Below, in pieces: positions 20,803 through 32,000 of a DNA stretch of 64,000 nt. This DNA comes from Corallochytrium limacisporum Hawaii (lineage: Eukaryota > Protista > Pluriformea). A program made the position numbers and the translations under genes. The notes beneath the pieces were generated by a model. The model worked only from the letters and a program-made list of their open reading frames with translations, did no database searches and had not been told where the DNA came from. Where the stretch lies: positions 107,698 through 171,697 of the forward strand of contig PDIP01000052.1 of the NCBI GenBank assembly GCA_002811645.1. Reading direction: 5' to 3'. The stretch's first letter is position 1; each line of letters starts with the position of its first letter.

Positions 20803-23073
20803 ATGGATCAAGCCTATCTTGAAAACGCAGCGCGCCAGACAGCGCGTGCCTTCCAACGTCCAGAACAGCTGGACCGTGTCGGTGATCTTGTGGTCCAGTA
20901 TCGGCGGAAGAAGACCAACGAGGACACCCGGTTAAAGACCATTGTGCAGGCACAATTAGAAGATTTCCAGACGGGCCATGACCTCATTCAAACATCACAC
21001 ATCGCATCCGTACATCTTGTGGATACACTGCAAAAGATTCGAGTTACTCTGGACAAATCCAAGGAACTGTTTCCGGACTACGACCAGTTGCGGCATGTTG
21101 CGGAAGCCCGGGAGCAGTTGTACTCGACAGCAGAGGGTTTGGACACATTATACTCAGCCCGTGAAGTAGCAGAGGAGCTCAAGGAGCAATTGGAAGAACC
21201 AGACGTGAACATGCTGGAGATTCACCAGCGGTTGCGTAACTTGGAGGCATGTCGCAACGATATGTTGGACTATACCAAAGACTTACCAAGCGAACGGCGG
21301 ACACTTCTGTGGTACTTTGAGGCGGTCGAGGAGGTGCGCTCTATCCTGGACCAGCGGCTATGGGACACTATTAGTATGATGATGGAGATCGGTGAAGAGG
21401 ACTGTCCGGTTACAGCCACAATGCTCGTGTCCGTAATGCGCATCATTGAACGCGAAGAAATCATCGATACCTACGTGGAGCAGAGCCCCCAACTAAAGGA
21501 TAGCGGTATTGCTCGCGATCGACCGCGTAAGTATAAGGCGAAGTGCATGGAGGCCGTCCAGAATATGATCCATGAAAGATTTCAGGAACAGTATAGCGAG
21601 TTTCCCTCGGTGTTCACCCACAACATGGAGCAGTTTATTGTCAAGGATATCATCAAGGGTTATATCACGATTGGCAATAGTTTTCCACCTACCTACCGCA
21701 TTGCGCGTGTACTGCTTGAGTCCTATCATCTCCAGGTGTATCAAATGCTTGACGCAATGTGCACTGATGTGGCAAACATGGACAGTGCAGCATGCGTGGC
21801 TCTGTTGAACTTTGAGAACTGGTACTATGGTGAACTCAAAACTCGATTCCGCAAAGAACGTCAGAATTTTAACCTGGAAATCCTCGACTTACACAAGTCA
21901 GATCTTGTGGAGCGATATGTTGAACTGGCCGACGAGAAAACCGAGGAATGGCTGGGCTCTCTTCTGTCCAACGAATTCAGCGAATGGTTCAACCAACCGT
22001 ACCGTGACACGCCTCCAGAGGAAGACACTAATGGCTACTACATGACATCGTTCCCAGTGATTTTGTTTCAGATCCTGAACCAGCAAATTGGCCTCGCTGT
22101 TGACACAAAGACCCCCGCACTGCTCATCGGTGTGGTGAAGATGGCCGTTAAGAAAGTCCGGGACCTAACCGGAGACCTACAGAAGCGACTGAGCTATACA
22201 ATGTACCGCCACTATGAGCTGCCTCCCGAGGATAAATTTCCGTTCCTTGTGGAGTACTTGATGGCCGCAATGAATAACCTCCAGAAATGCATCACCCACT
22301 TCGGTGAGATGACCGGCGACGTCCTAGAAAGTCTCCCTGACGTGGACCGGGCCGAAATCCGAGATATTTCCTCATCAGTAGAGAAGGAACTGAACAAGGC
22401 CATCCAGAGCACAGCTAGCCAGCTACTGAGCATTATCATGACTGACCTGCAGCCATTCCTTGGAGAACTGTTTGGCAAGGCGTGGCTGCACCACCAAAAG
22501 GATCCGATGAAGGTGATCATTACCACTCTGGAAGACTACGGTGGTGACATTGTGACACATGTGGATCCCCTTGTCCACCCGGTCGTCTTCGATGAGCTGA
22601 ACTATCGCATTAGTGCGGCATACGTTGACGCGCTTTTCAATTCGAAGAACCAACTCGGAGGCGATGTGGCTGGACCCATGATTCAGCGGGAGATTGACGA
22701 CCTCGACCTGTACTTTGATGAGATCATTGATGTTTTCAGCGACCAAATGGATAAGCTCAATTACCGCCGCCTGATGATGCGCGCCGTGCTGGATGTCTTC
22801 TCCACGTCCAACGAGATGTTAATGTTGAACTTTGGCAATGCAAAGCGTACCGACCCTGACTTTAGCATAGATCACGCACTTACACTTGTCAAGCTTCGCA
22901 ACGACATGCCCAAAGCCCTGCAGAAAGACTGCAAGTACCAACTGCGCTCCCAGCGCATGCGCCGTACCGACAGGACCCGTCTACCGGCCAAATGCGGCCG
23001 CTCGATTCTGCCGCGGCCAGAGAAACACGATCAGAAGAAGTCGCCGCTGAAGAAGTTCCCGGGCATCAAATAA
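20803..23073 (+). CDS. EXOC3: Exocyst complex component Sec6/EXOC3
   Basis: N-terminal FQRPEQLDRV...RLKTIVQAQLE, MRIIEREE, FPPTYRI, P(E/D)EDTNGYY.T..PVILFQIL and TLEDY motifs; 756 aa. Confidence 0.9.
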   Translation: MDQAYLENAARQTARAFQRPEQLDRVGDLVVQYRRKKTNEDTRLKTIVQAQLEDFQTGHDLIQTSHIASVHLVDTLQKIRVTLDKSKELFPDYDQLRHVAEAREQLYSTAEGLDTLYSAREVAEELKEQLEEPDVNMLEIHQRLRNLEACRNDMLDYTKDLPSERRTLLWYFEAVEEVRSILDQRLWDTISMMMEIGEEDCPVTATMLVSVMRIIEREEIIDTYVEQSPQLKDSGIARDRPRKYKAKCMEAVQNMIHERFQEQYSEFPSVFTHNMEQFIVKDIIKGYITIGNSFPPTYRIARVLLESYHLQVYQMLDAMCTDVANMDSAACVALLNFENWYYGELKTRFRKERQNFNLEILDLHKSDLVERYVELADEKTEEWLGSLLSNEFSEWFNQPYRDTPPEEDTNGYYMTSFPVILFQILNQQIGLAVDTKTPALLIGVVKMAVKKVRDLTGDLQKRLSYTMYRHYELPPEDKFPFLVEYLMAAMNNLQKCITHFGEMTGDVLESLPDVDRAEIRDISSSVEKELNKAIQSTASQLLSIIMTDLQPFLGELFGKAWLHHQKDPMKVIITTLEDYGGDIVTHVDPLVHPVVFDELNYRISAAYVDALFNSKNQLGGDVAGPMIQREIDDLDLYFDEIIDVFSDQMDKLNYRRLMMRAVLDVFSTSNEMLMLNFGNAKRTDPDFSIDHALTLVKLRNDMPKALQKDCKYQLRSQRMRRTDRTRLPAKCGRSILPRPEKHDQKKSPLKKFPGIK

Positions 23074-24094
23074 GTCCCATCATTGAACACACACTGGATC
23101 CGTTAGCGTAAGTCGCATCTTGATCATTGATATACTCTAAGCTTTAAAATATAATGAAGCGGACCCTTATTATAAGCAAATTATACTAAATAGCGTCAGT
23201 ATTTATTTATACGGAGGATTCTAAATTTTATATCCCGTAGTGCAACAATGGAACTCAAGTTGCCATAGACCCAAGCAGCTTTCCGGTTTCCTTACCCCTC
23301 CTCCGCCCCCCGGAGGCAAAGTTTTTCAGAGCGCACCGCGGAGTGGTGGAGTCTCACAGTGGAAAACGAACCCCCCCCCGGGGGAGGGGGGTGGATCCGG
23401 GGACCCCGTGAACGGGCGATGACGAGACTCGGCCACACCGAAGCACATCAATAAATTTCCCTTTGCTTGGAAAAACTCCTGGGTCCCAGGGTAAGAGCCC
23501 AAATCACAAAATCTCAGGCGGGTCGGTGGGGGGGGGGGACTGTGCATAGCCGGCCCGCTAGGGGAACACGGACGGAACAATTTTTCTTCTGGATTTTTTT
23601 TTTCTTTTGGGTCCCAGTGTGCAGGTAGCGGTCCTGCGTAGGAAAGCTGGGGCCGGGGGATGGGGGGGGGTCCCCGAGGCCATAGAAAGGCTACTACCGA
23701 CTGACAGGCCCCCAAACTCCAAAAGCCCAAGGGGGGGGGGGGTGGAGGTGCGGTTCTCCCGGTGGTTGAGCTGGGCAGCAGTGCCAAAAAAGGGTCGCAA
23801 GTAAATGTTGTAACGTACCTATGTTGCACGCTGTTCACATTTTCCTTTGTTTTTGAGATTTTAAACAATTATGTTGTTGCGCACCAAGGATGGTTATTGA
23901 TAGTGTCATGAAGGTATGTAGAAAGCACACGACGGCTATTCTTCACGGTATGGAAATGCTGAGTTAAGTTTGTAACAGAACCAGCACCAGCAAATCAAGA
24001 GAACGCGAGAGTCTCACCCGTGGGGATAGACAAAAGTACACAAGTACAAAATTCAAAAAGCTTAAATTACGATATCGAGATCGAAGAATTAATC

Positions 24095-24692
24095 ATGCCG
24101 GCTATGACAAGTAGTAACAGTAATAGTAATTTGTTAAGTAATTCCCAGGAGGCGGCCATGCTCACCAGCCGCCTCCTGGACAACCAGCCTTCCTGCACCA
24201 TGGCTCGCGCCGCTGAAGAATGCTGGACCTTGGGTGCTGCAAAAGGGTGGTATTCCTGATGTCCGTGTGGATGTACTTGGACCAGATGTTATTGATCAAC
24301 ACTATAGAGTTCTGCGGGGCGCGGACGATGCCGCGAATGACCCAGTGGTGAGTGCGTTCCAGGCAACATTTCACGAAAAAATAGGCCATGGCGTGATTGG
24401 TGAGTGGCAAGTCTTTGTCTCCCAGTCAAAGCGCATGTTCCTGTTTGCGGGTGACAGCTACGACATTACATCGGAATCAAAGGAGAGCCTGGTGGGTCTG
24501 CTGGAGTTTGCGGAACAGACCAAGCTCCACCAAGTCTTTGTCTGCCTGGAGAGGAAGCAGAGTAATGCGGCGAAGTTGCTGAAGGGTCTGCTTTACCTAG
24601 GTTTCAGCTTGGTGTCCCCACGTCGTTCCCGTTTTACGTACAACCAACAGTTTGTCCTCCTGCGTTACAATGTAGGACCCCAGGATTGTTGA
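24095..24692 (+). CDS. OAZ: Ornithine decarboxylase antizyme, translated via a +1 programmed frameshift (ORF1 24095-24256; ORF2 24258-24692; ~198 aa)
   Basis: ORF1 ends TGG TAT TCC TGA T. The +1 frame encodes the antizyme domain SKESLVGLLEFAEQ..HQVFVCL.......LLKGLLYLGFSLVSP and has no ATG near its start. Confidence 0.95.
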
Positions 24693-25618
24693 ACAGGTGT
24701 GACGACAGCGAAGGTGACTAAGATCTTCCGCCCCTTTATCTATTGAATTTGTACCACATGTTCGCATACACACAGGAAGGATACAACATGGAGTCAGCTT
24801 GAGCATATAGATCACCAGTGACACAGAAGAAAGCATGTCCAATGTGTGCCTGATCATCAAGCTGCCATTTACCGCTCTGATTGCCACAATCTTTTTCCTA
24901 TTTATCACTTTAACAACACAGTACACCGGAGTAGGTACCCAACCCTCCATTAGCTAACCCTCTTTCCCTTTGATAGTAAATGTATTGCGTTGATACTCGG
25001 CCCTTTGCTTTTGCAGCCCGGAAAACAACGAGCACGAAAAGAAAAACGCAATCTTTGGCCAAAGTTCCGGGGGCCAGTTTCCCGTGCCTAGAGAACCTTT
25101 GGGGAACGGCCAATGGTGTCACCCGGCAGGCGCGCTTGCAGTAGGGAAGGAGAAGGGGGGTGGTGAGGGGAGAAGGAGTTGCCTCCCTGGCGGCGGGTGG
25201 GCACGTTCAAATTATTTCGGCGCGGATGGTTGGGGGGGGGGGGGCCTACAATTGCCCTCCCCCCCTACCGGGGCAACTGAGGAGATCGATAGCGGAGACG
25301 CCAATGGGAGGAGCGGCGAAAATCAAAGGCCGGCTTGTGTGTTTGGAAGGAGTGGCTGCTGTTTGATGTGACCGTACGTTGCGTGGACTGCAGTGAGAAT
25401 AGAAAAAAGAAAGTCTTCGGATTCGAGTGCGGGTATTTGTATGGATGAACAAAGCAGTCGTCTATTGTGGATCCCCTTATCTCTTTGGTATGTACGTTGA
25501 CAGGAGGTTATGAAGAAAGCCTTAGCCCATTCACAACTCACCATGGGACGGTGATCAGCGAAAAGTTCGCATGACAAGGATCTACGGTCTTAAAAATTCT
25601 CAAGCGTAGCAAATAACT

Positions 25619-26704
25619 ATGGGAGCACAGTACGAATTGAATCAGACATCGTTTTGGATGCTGGCCAACCTGTTGAGCAGTTTGTCAATAGTCATGGTTA
25701 ACAAGGCCTGCTTTGTTAGTTACGGGTTCAACTATCCAACAGTACTGACCTGTGTACACTTCACGGTGACCGCGATATGTCTCAAGGTTTGTGCGGAGAT
25801 GGGAGTTTTCAAGGTAAAAACAGTTGCAATTCCAGAGGTACTCAATCTCTGCGTCTCATTCTGCGGGTTTGTGGTACTGACAAATTTGAGCCTGCGATAC
25901 AATTCAGTCGGGTTTTACCAGCTGGCCAAGGTAATGACAACGCCTGTGATTATTGCAGTCCAGATGTATCATTATAAAAAGAAATTCTCTCGGGAAATCT
26001 TGCTCAGCTTGGCACCCATTATTGTAGGGGTGATTCTGAACGGATCGTTTGACATCCAGCTCAATCTTATAGGAACCTTCTACGCTGCAGCAGGCGTTCT
26101 GAGCACCAGCTTCTACCAGATTTGGGTTGGCACCAAGCAGAAGGATCTCGATATGACGTCAATGCAGCTCCTTTATTACCAGGCTCCCATTAGCGCACTG
26201 ATGCTGGTCGTCGCCGCACCGTTCTTTGACCAAATCCTCGGGCCGGAGGGTCTTCTAAACTATCAGTTTACAACGGGTGCCGTCTTTACTGTGCTGTTGA
26301 GCGGGCTGATCTCGTTCGCAGTCAATCTGAGTATCTTCATGGTCATCGGCAAGACTAGTCCAGTCTCCTATAATGTCCTGGGGCACTTCAAACTCTGCGT
26401 TGTCCTTCTTGGCGGATGGATCGTCTTCCAAGAACAATTGAACTATGTGCAAATGTTCGGCACTGCAATTGCCCTTGGTGGCATCTTCTGGTACACCCAT
26501 CTCAAACTACAGGAGCAAGAACGGGAGAAGCGGGCCAAGGAGAAGGGCAAGATGGCACAGCCCGTCAATGGAAGCCCTACCCCGGGGTCCCAATACATCA
26601 GGACCACCACGAGCGCATCACCCGCACACACGGCCGTCTACCGCAGCGTCAGTGTCAATGACGCTGCAGAGACGATCAACACCGCGCCCTTGCTGCCCAA
26701 ATGA
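25619..26704 (+). CDS. Nucleotide-sugar transporter, TPT/SLC35E family (SLC35E3/plant UXT-like)
   Basis: SIVMVNK, LTNLSLRYNSVGFYQLAK, QLLYYQAP and SPVSYNVLGHFK motifs; about 10 hydrophobic segments. Confidence 0.92.
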   Translation: MGAQYELNQTSFWMLANLLSSLSIVMVNKACFVSYGFNYPTVLTCVHFTVTAICLKVCAEMGVFKVKTVAIPEVLNLCVSFCGFVVLTNLSLRYNSVGFYQLAKVMTTPVIIAVQMYHYKKKFSREILLSLAPIIVGVILNGSFDIQLNLIGTFYAAAGVLSTSFYQIWVGTKQKDLDMTSMQLLYYQAPISALMLVVAAPFFDQILGPEGLLNYQFTTGAVFTVLLSGLISFAVNLSIFMVIGKTSPVSYNVLGHFKLCVVLLGGWIVFQEQLNYVQMFGTAIALGGIFWYTHLKLQEQEREKRAKEKGKMAQPVNGSPTPGSQYIRTTTSASPAHTAVYRSVSVNDAAETINTAPLLPK

Positions 26705-27432
26705 AACATAAAATGGAAAGAGAAATAAACTTGCACATGACATCGTCATGATTGGAAAGCCCCCAGTGTAAGTGTTTTCGTTAGGATCCGGTCTCTTGGC
26801 GCTTTGGTCGCATCCGACTTTTCCAGCGATGTAATCACCCACCCGCCAGCCCGGCCACCGCGCACTCAACCCACCATCCCACTCCCAAAGGGAAAGGTGA
26901 GTGAGAATTGATGAATATGAAAGGCAGCACAGAGCCTGGGGCAGGGAAGAGGCCCCCCCCCCCCCCGGGGGGAGGGGGAAGGCGGTTTGGCGCTCTGCCC
27001 CATAACCCCGCGAATGCGTGTGTTTTTTATTTGGCTTTTTTTTTGTATTTTTATTTTTGGTTGGGTTCTTTAATTTTCTCCCGGGATGGGTGTACCCCAA
27101 GAACGTGTACGATTGTATACAATACAGTCCCTGGAATTTTTCTGTGCGTGGCAACAATGCCCAGTGCCCGCCACACACACTGCCGGACCTTCCCTTTTCT
27201 TTGGACAAAGGGCTAGGAATACCAGGAATGTCATATTCCACGATATCTGCAGAGTCGTATTTAAGAGATGTAAGCTAACGACGACGACGACGACGAAATC
27301 AGAAGTTGTAGATGATACAACACTCTTGTGGATAGAATTGGCAGGTGTGCGGTGCACGATAGCGGCTCAACAACTCGATGATGTAGGAGCCAATAGGAAA
27401 CACAGAGTGAAAGAAGAACAAGCAAGAAAACC

Positions 27433-28899
27433 ATGAATACTCAAACTCCACAAGAGCGGTTCATGACCAAAGCCCGGGATCATGCCATCAGCACGACTCT
27501 TGTAACACTATTGACAATGGGAACGTTTCTTTCCTGGCTTTTCTCGGATTACACGAATCCGCAGCTACCCCCGGCTTTTGTGGTCGCGTCTGAGAACGCC
27601 TTGAGCTTCCTGAGCCTACTCCTGGCAGGTTTTGTAGTGGTAAGATCGTACACACTTGGAATCTTCATACCATGGCTGCTGAGTTTGCAGGCAGTGATTA
27701 CACTTTCGGTACCGGTAGATAGCATGGAGAGTTATTGGCAAACCATGACTGCGGGACTAGTGGTAACGCAAGTGGCAACCAACATCACGATGAGCACCAT
27801 GATTGTCATCCTCTACCTTATTACGCAGGCAGAGTACCTGCTCTTCACCATATACGGAGCACCCTATGCTCTGATTGGTAGTCTGTTGGTCGTCATCAGC
27901 TACTGCTATCCCGACCATTCGACCCTGATTGGCTTGCTGTTGCACACGGCGGTGCCGGAGGAACTCCTGCTCAGAACAAGCGCCGGCAGGACCATCTTGG
28001 CCTTCATGAGTGGTGGGTCGAGCACCACGACTGTGAACGGGGGAGCGTCAGGGGCGGTGACGGGTAATGATCCATTTATGAGCGGCTTGCTGTCCCTGTC
28101 ACCGTCGGTGGCGCGCAGTCCGTTTGTGTACGTCATCTGCCTGGTTGTTTTCCACATCCTGCAGATGGTCACACTGGCATCGGTGATTGGTACGTCCATT
28201 GCGGTGTTGTACACTTGGTTTTTCCTCGTCTTCATCATGGAGGAATTGAAAATGGAAAGGAGGAAAGCTGTCGGTGGCATGCAAATGAATAGCTCGCACG
28301 ACGATGCGGATGGTACCACCAACGAAGTTGGGGAGCAGCACTTGATCGACCACGACCCGACGGATCCGGGATCATCGGCACGGCAGGCAGCGGCAGCTGT
28401 GGCATCTCAGCATGCAGGCTTAAATAACATCACCAACCGAGGCTTGCGGCCAATGTTTATGCTCCCAGCCCCTGTGGGCAACCTGGTCGAGGCAACCTTA
28501 CTGCCCAGCCTTGCATTCTTGGACCATGTTTTGCAAAAGTTTGTGCAAAAGCGCATGATTCAGCTTATTAATACCATCGGCCTCGACAAAGGTAATGCGG
28601 CGGCGGAAATGGACGCGGAAATGGAGGCAGGCAGCAGCCGACGGGCTGGCGGCTTCACGGAGTCCACTCCCGCTCCGGAAGCTGCACCGGTGGACTTTGC
28701 CAACGACGCGCGGCGACAAGCTGCATTGCGGGACCTTCAATCCCAGCCCGCGGCTGCGATACCATCCACAGGAACAACAGCCGCACCGGCAGCCATGCCA
28801 ACTTCGGACGCGGACTTAGATGAAGCTGCGGAACGACGGCGCCAGTTGGCAATGCAGGACCTTGGTCGAGCGGTTGGGGGCGGACCCGACAGCCAGTGA
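27433..28899 (+). CDS. Uncharacterised polytopic membrane protein with an acidic/Ala-rich C-terminal tail
   Basis: 488-aa ORF with good start context (aaccATG); several hydrophobic helices in the N-terminal ~270 aa; no family recognised. Confidence 0.75.
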   Translation: MNTQTPQERFMTKARDHAISTTLVTLLTMGTFLSWLFSDYTNPQLPPAFVVASENALSFLSLLLAGFVVVRSYTLGIFIPWLLSLQAVITLSVPVDSMESYWQTMTAGLVVTQVATNITMSTMIVILYLITQAEYLLFTIYGAPYALIGSLLVVISYCYPDHSTLIGLLLHTAVPEELLLRTSAGRTILAFMSGGSSTTTVNGGASGAVTGNDPFMSGLLSLSPSVARSPFVYVICLVVFHILQMVTLASVIGTSIAVLYTWFFLVFIMEELKMERRKAVGGMQMNSSHDDADGTTNEVGEQHLIDHDPTDPGSSARQAAAAVASQHAGLNNITNRGLRPMFMLPAPVGNLVEATLLPSLAFLDHVLQKFVQKRMIQLINTIGLDKGNAAAEMDAEMEAGSSRRAGGFTESTPAPEAAPVDFANDARRQAALRDLQSQPAAAIPSTGTTAAPAAMPTSDADLDEAAERRRQLAMQDLGRAVGGGPDSQ

Positions 28900-29002
28900 T
28901 AAGGGCCTTTATATTCGTCGGTCCAACAGTAAAGAAGAAGGGAAACCTTTCTATTAGCAATCCTTTTGTGTAGTGTTTAGTATTCTTTGAATTTGACATC
29001 CA

Positions 29003-32000
29003 TCAGGGTTGTGGCATTACCGAGCCTAGGCTGCGCTCTAGTGCGAGGTTCTGCCGCAATCGTTCTACTGTCATTGTGGCTTTCAGGCTCTCCACGGCTG
29101 CCTCATAGTCGAGCAGGGCGCGGGCCTCGATTGCCTTGCCAGCAGCATTTTGGGCGCGCCGACTTCGGCAGTGCGTTGGGGTCGATGGCGACGATGTTAC
29201 TGGAGATTTTAGTTTGAGGTTCTCAATGTTCGTTTTGGAGCCACCGCTGATGCTATCATCCTTGTCCGTAGCCGCGTAGAGCAAGGTGCTGTCGACGGCG
29301 TAGAGCGCTCCGGTGGCGAACGCCACACTTCCATCACCACATCCGGTCTGGTCTTTGGTCAATCTCTCGGCGCCAGTACCTCGCAGGGGTGTCGAAACAC
29401 CGGCAGCGTCCGGTGTACCGTACACTTGCCGTCCGACCATCATTGACCGCATCCAACTGCCGAAGGTGCTTTCGCTTCCAGCGCGTCGGTGCTGATCCAT
29501 TGGGGTCGATGCGGGGGTAGCAGGTCCTCCCGTCGATGCCGCAGGGGCGGTAACCCCAGTTGGTGGCATCAATTGCCAGGGGACTAAACGCAAATCGAGG
29601 AATTTTTCTACAACGATCGGATCCACCACACCAACAACACGCACTTTCACGGCCAGCGCAAAACGGAGGACATGCCCCGGTGCTGTGACGCGGTGCAGAC
29701 GTGGATCTTGCAATTGTCCAAAATCCCATGAACACATTGCGGACACCGCGCTGCCAGCGTCTCCGATAATATCGCGAATTAGAATCGGCAGGATCTGCAC
29801 CGTGCTGAATTGTTCTGGGGCACCTGCGGTGGACGGCCCCGAAGTGTCAGCAGCTGATGATGCGCCGTGAGTCATGGGCACGCGCTCTGGTGACCCATCG
29901 CGGGGAGCTGCCATACGGCCCACACTGTGTCCAATGCCCTGTGCAATAGCCGTAGATGATGTGGCATTGAAAATGGTCGAGTCCAGGACGTCCCGGTCGT
30001 CGACATCGATCACGGCAGTCGCAGCCTCGGCAGACTCTGGATTTAGAGCTGCAGTATCGGCGTTTCCATGTCCGGCGGGGTAGCTCAACCGCTCCTCGAT
30101 GGCGATATCACTACTGGACCACAGCGAACGTTCCTCCGGCGGCAGTCGCTCAATGATCTCTGCGACGGCACTGATGGTGAGGGACGCGGAGTGCATGCTC
30201 TGATCTGCATCAGTGCCTACCGCCACCATTGTTGGCACCTGAACTAGAGGTGGATCCCTGCCCAGGCCCAAGCTATTGTTATCGTTGTTGATGTTAGTGT
30301 TGGAGGCCAAGTCGCCAGTGTCATTACCTCGATCCTGCATGAGGCCATCCCTCTGCAGCAGCAGGGACATGCTCTCCCGGATAAGCCGGTCCTGGCGCCG
30401 TCCGAGGCGTTCTGTGGGCATCGCGTCACCTCCATGATCGATTTCTAAGTGGCTGAGATTCTTCACTGATGACTGTGGCGGTACTATACTGTCGTCAGCT
30501 TTGGTAATGTCATTCCGTCGACCAAGGAGCTCCTGGAGCTGACGGATGCGTTCGTCAACTGCCCGCTTCCGGAGCTCAAGTAATGCAATGTCCCGATCAA
30601 TCGCCAGGGATCGTGAGTCTTGCGGAGCTTGGGCATCCAAAGCCACTTCTGTAACGTTTACCAGGGCCACCTCCTCAATTGCCTCAAGCTGCAGTTTTGC
30701 CAGATTAACGCCACCGCCACCGGTCATGTGGTTTAGGTGACTGTGCTCGCCTCTCAGCCCGTGGCTTTTGTGCGCTGCGTACGCCATGTCCAGGCGTGAC
30801 ACATAAACACTCAGGCGCCGCACGGAGCCTTGGCGGGCGGCAATCACTCCGCCAGCATGGAGAGAGACAGTGTCGGTCTCCGAGCCGAAGTTCCACCGCT
30901 CTTGTGTAGTCATTGGTCCAAGCCCATGGCCCTCGAGGGTCCAGGCAATCGCCCCTGCCAACGATCGTGGCGGCTTCCGTGGTGGTGCGCGGATTGGCAA
31001 GGGCACGAAAATACCATCCTCGTTTGGCTCCAGAACGGAAAACTGTAAACCCACGCCCCAGAAGCCTCTGATGGCATCTGTGAATTTGCCCAGGCGTGCC
31101 ATGCTTTCGTTGTCGACTGTGAGGCAGTGCAAAGGCAGCTCTCGCAGCGATCGGAGAATGGTCCGTGGTACAGCCAGGTGAGCACCAGGCCCGGAGCCAG
31201 TTGGCTGCCTGAAAAGAGCGAGCCAGCGCTGTTGGTTTGCCATTCCCCGAGGAGTCAGTCCTTGCGTATCATCAAGGAAAGGCGAATTGGAAGCCGATGC
31301 CACGGTTCTATTGTGGCTGTTGCCGGCGGTGACTGCAACTGGTCCGTCGTCCCCTCCTCGTGGAGAGAGTCCCCGCATCGCGAGGCGAACATTGTGACCC
31401 CACAGCTCGATAGCCAGCGCTCCATTGCTAAGGTATTGCAGAAACATGTCATCAACCGGGTCGACGGCAAAAACTTTTCGACTATTGAAGCGGATTGTTT
31501 CGGTTTCGTCCTGCAAGGATCCCTCGAGCTGTTGGAAACTGTCGCCTAAGTTTTCAACATAGGTACTAGGGTCATCGCTCTGCTCCATGCTGTCTGTCAT
31601 ACGATCTGGCCTCTCCTCAGGCACACGGATCTCCTCCTGCTGCCAGAAATGATACTTTGCAAAGACAAAGTCAGTGTTGTTACCGCTTAGACCCTCGGCC
31701 ACTCCGAGGATGATTTCGTATCGTTCACTGTCGCCAGCCTCCGTCTCCCTCACAATCGCTGTGCGCGCGCGGTCGACGCTTGCCTGCTTGACGCCCCTCG
31801 CAAATAGCACATCCTTTGGCGGAGAATGATTGTGCAGACCACTGCCGTGTGTGTGGTGAAGCATACCATTGCTGCTCTGCGGACATGGAGTCGCCTTTGA
31901 CGGCTGATATCGACCGGCATCCGGTGTGGCTGTGCGGTTGTTGTTCTGCAAGGCTTTCGTCGGAGATTTTCGTCCATTCTTGAGATCCACATCTGTGAAA

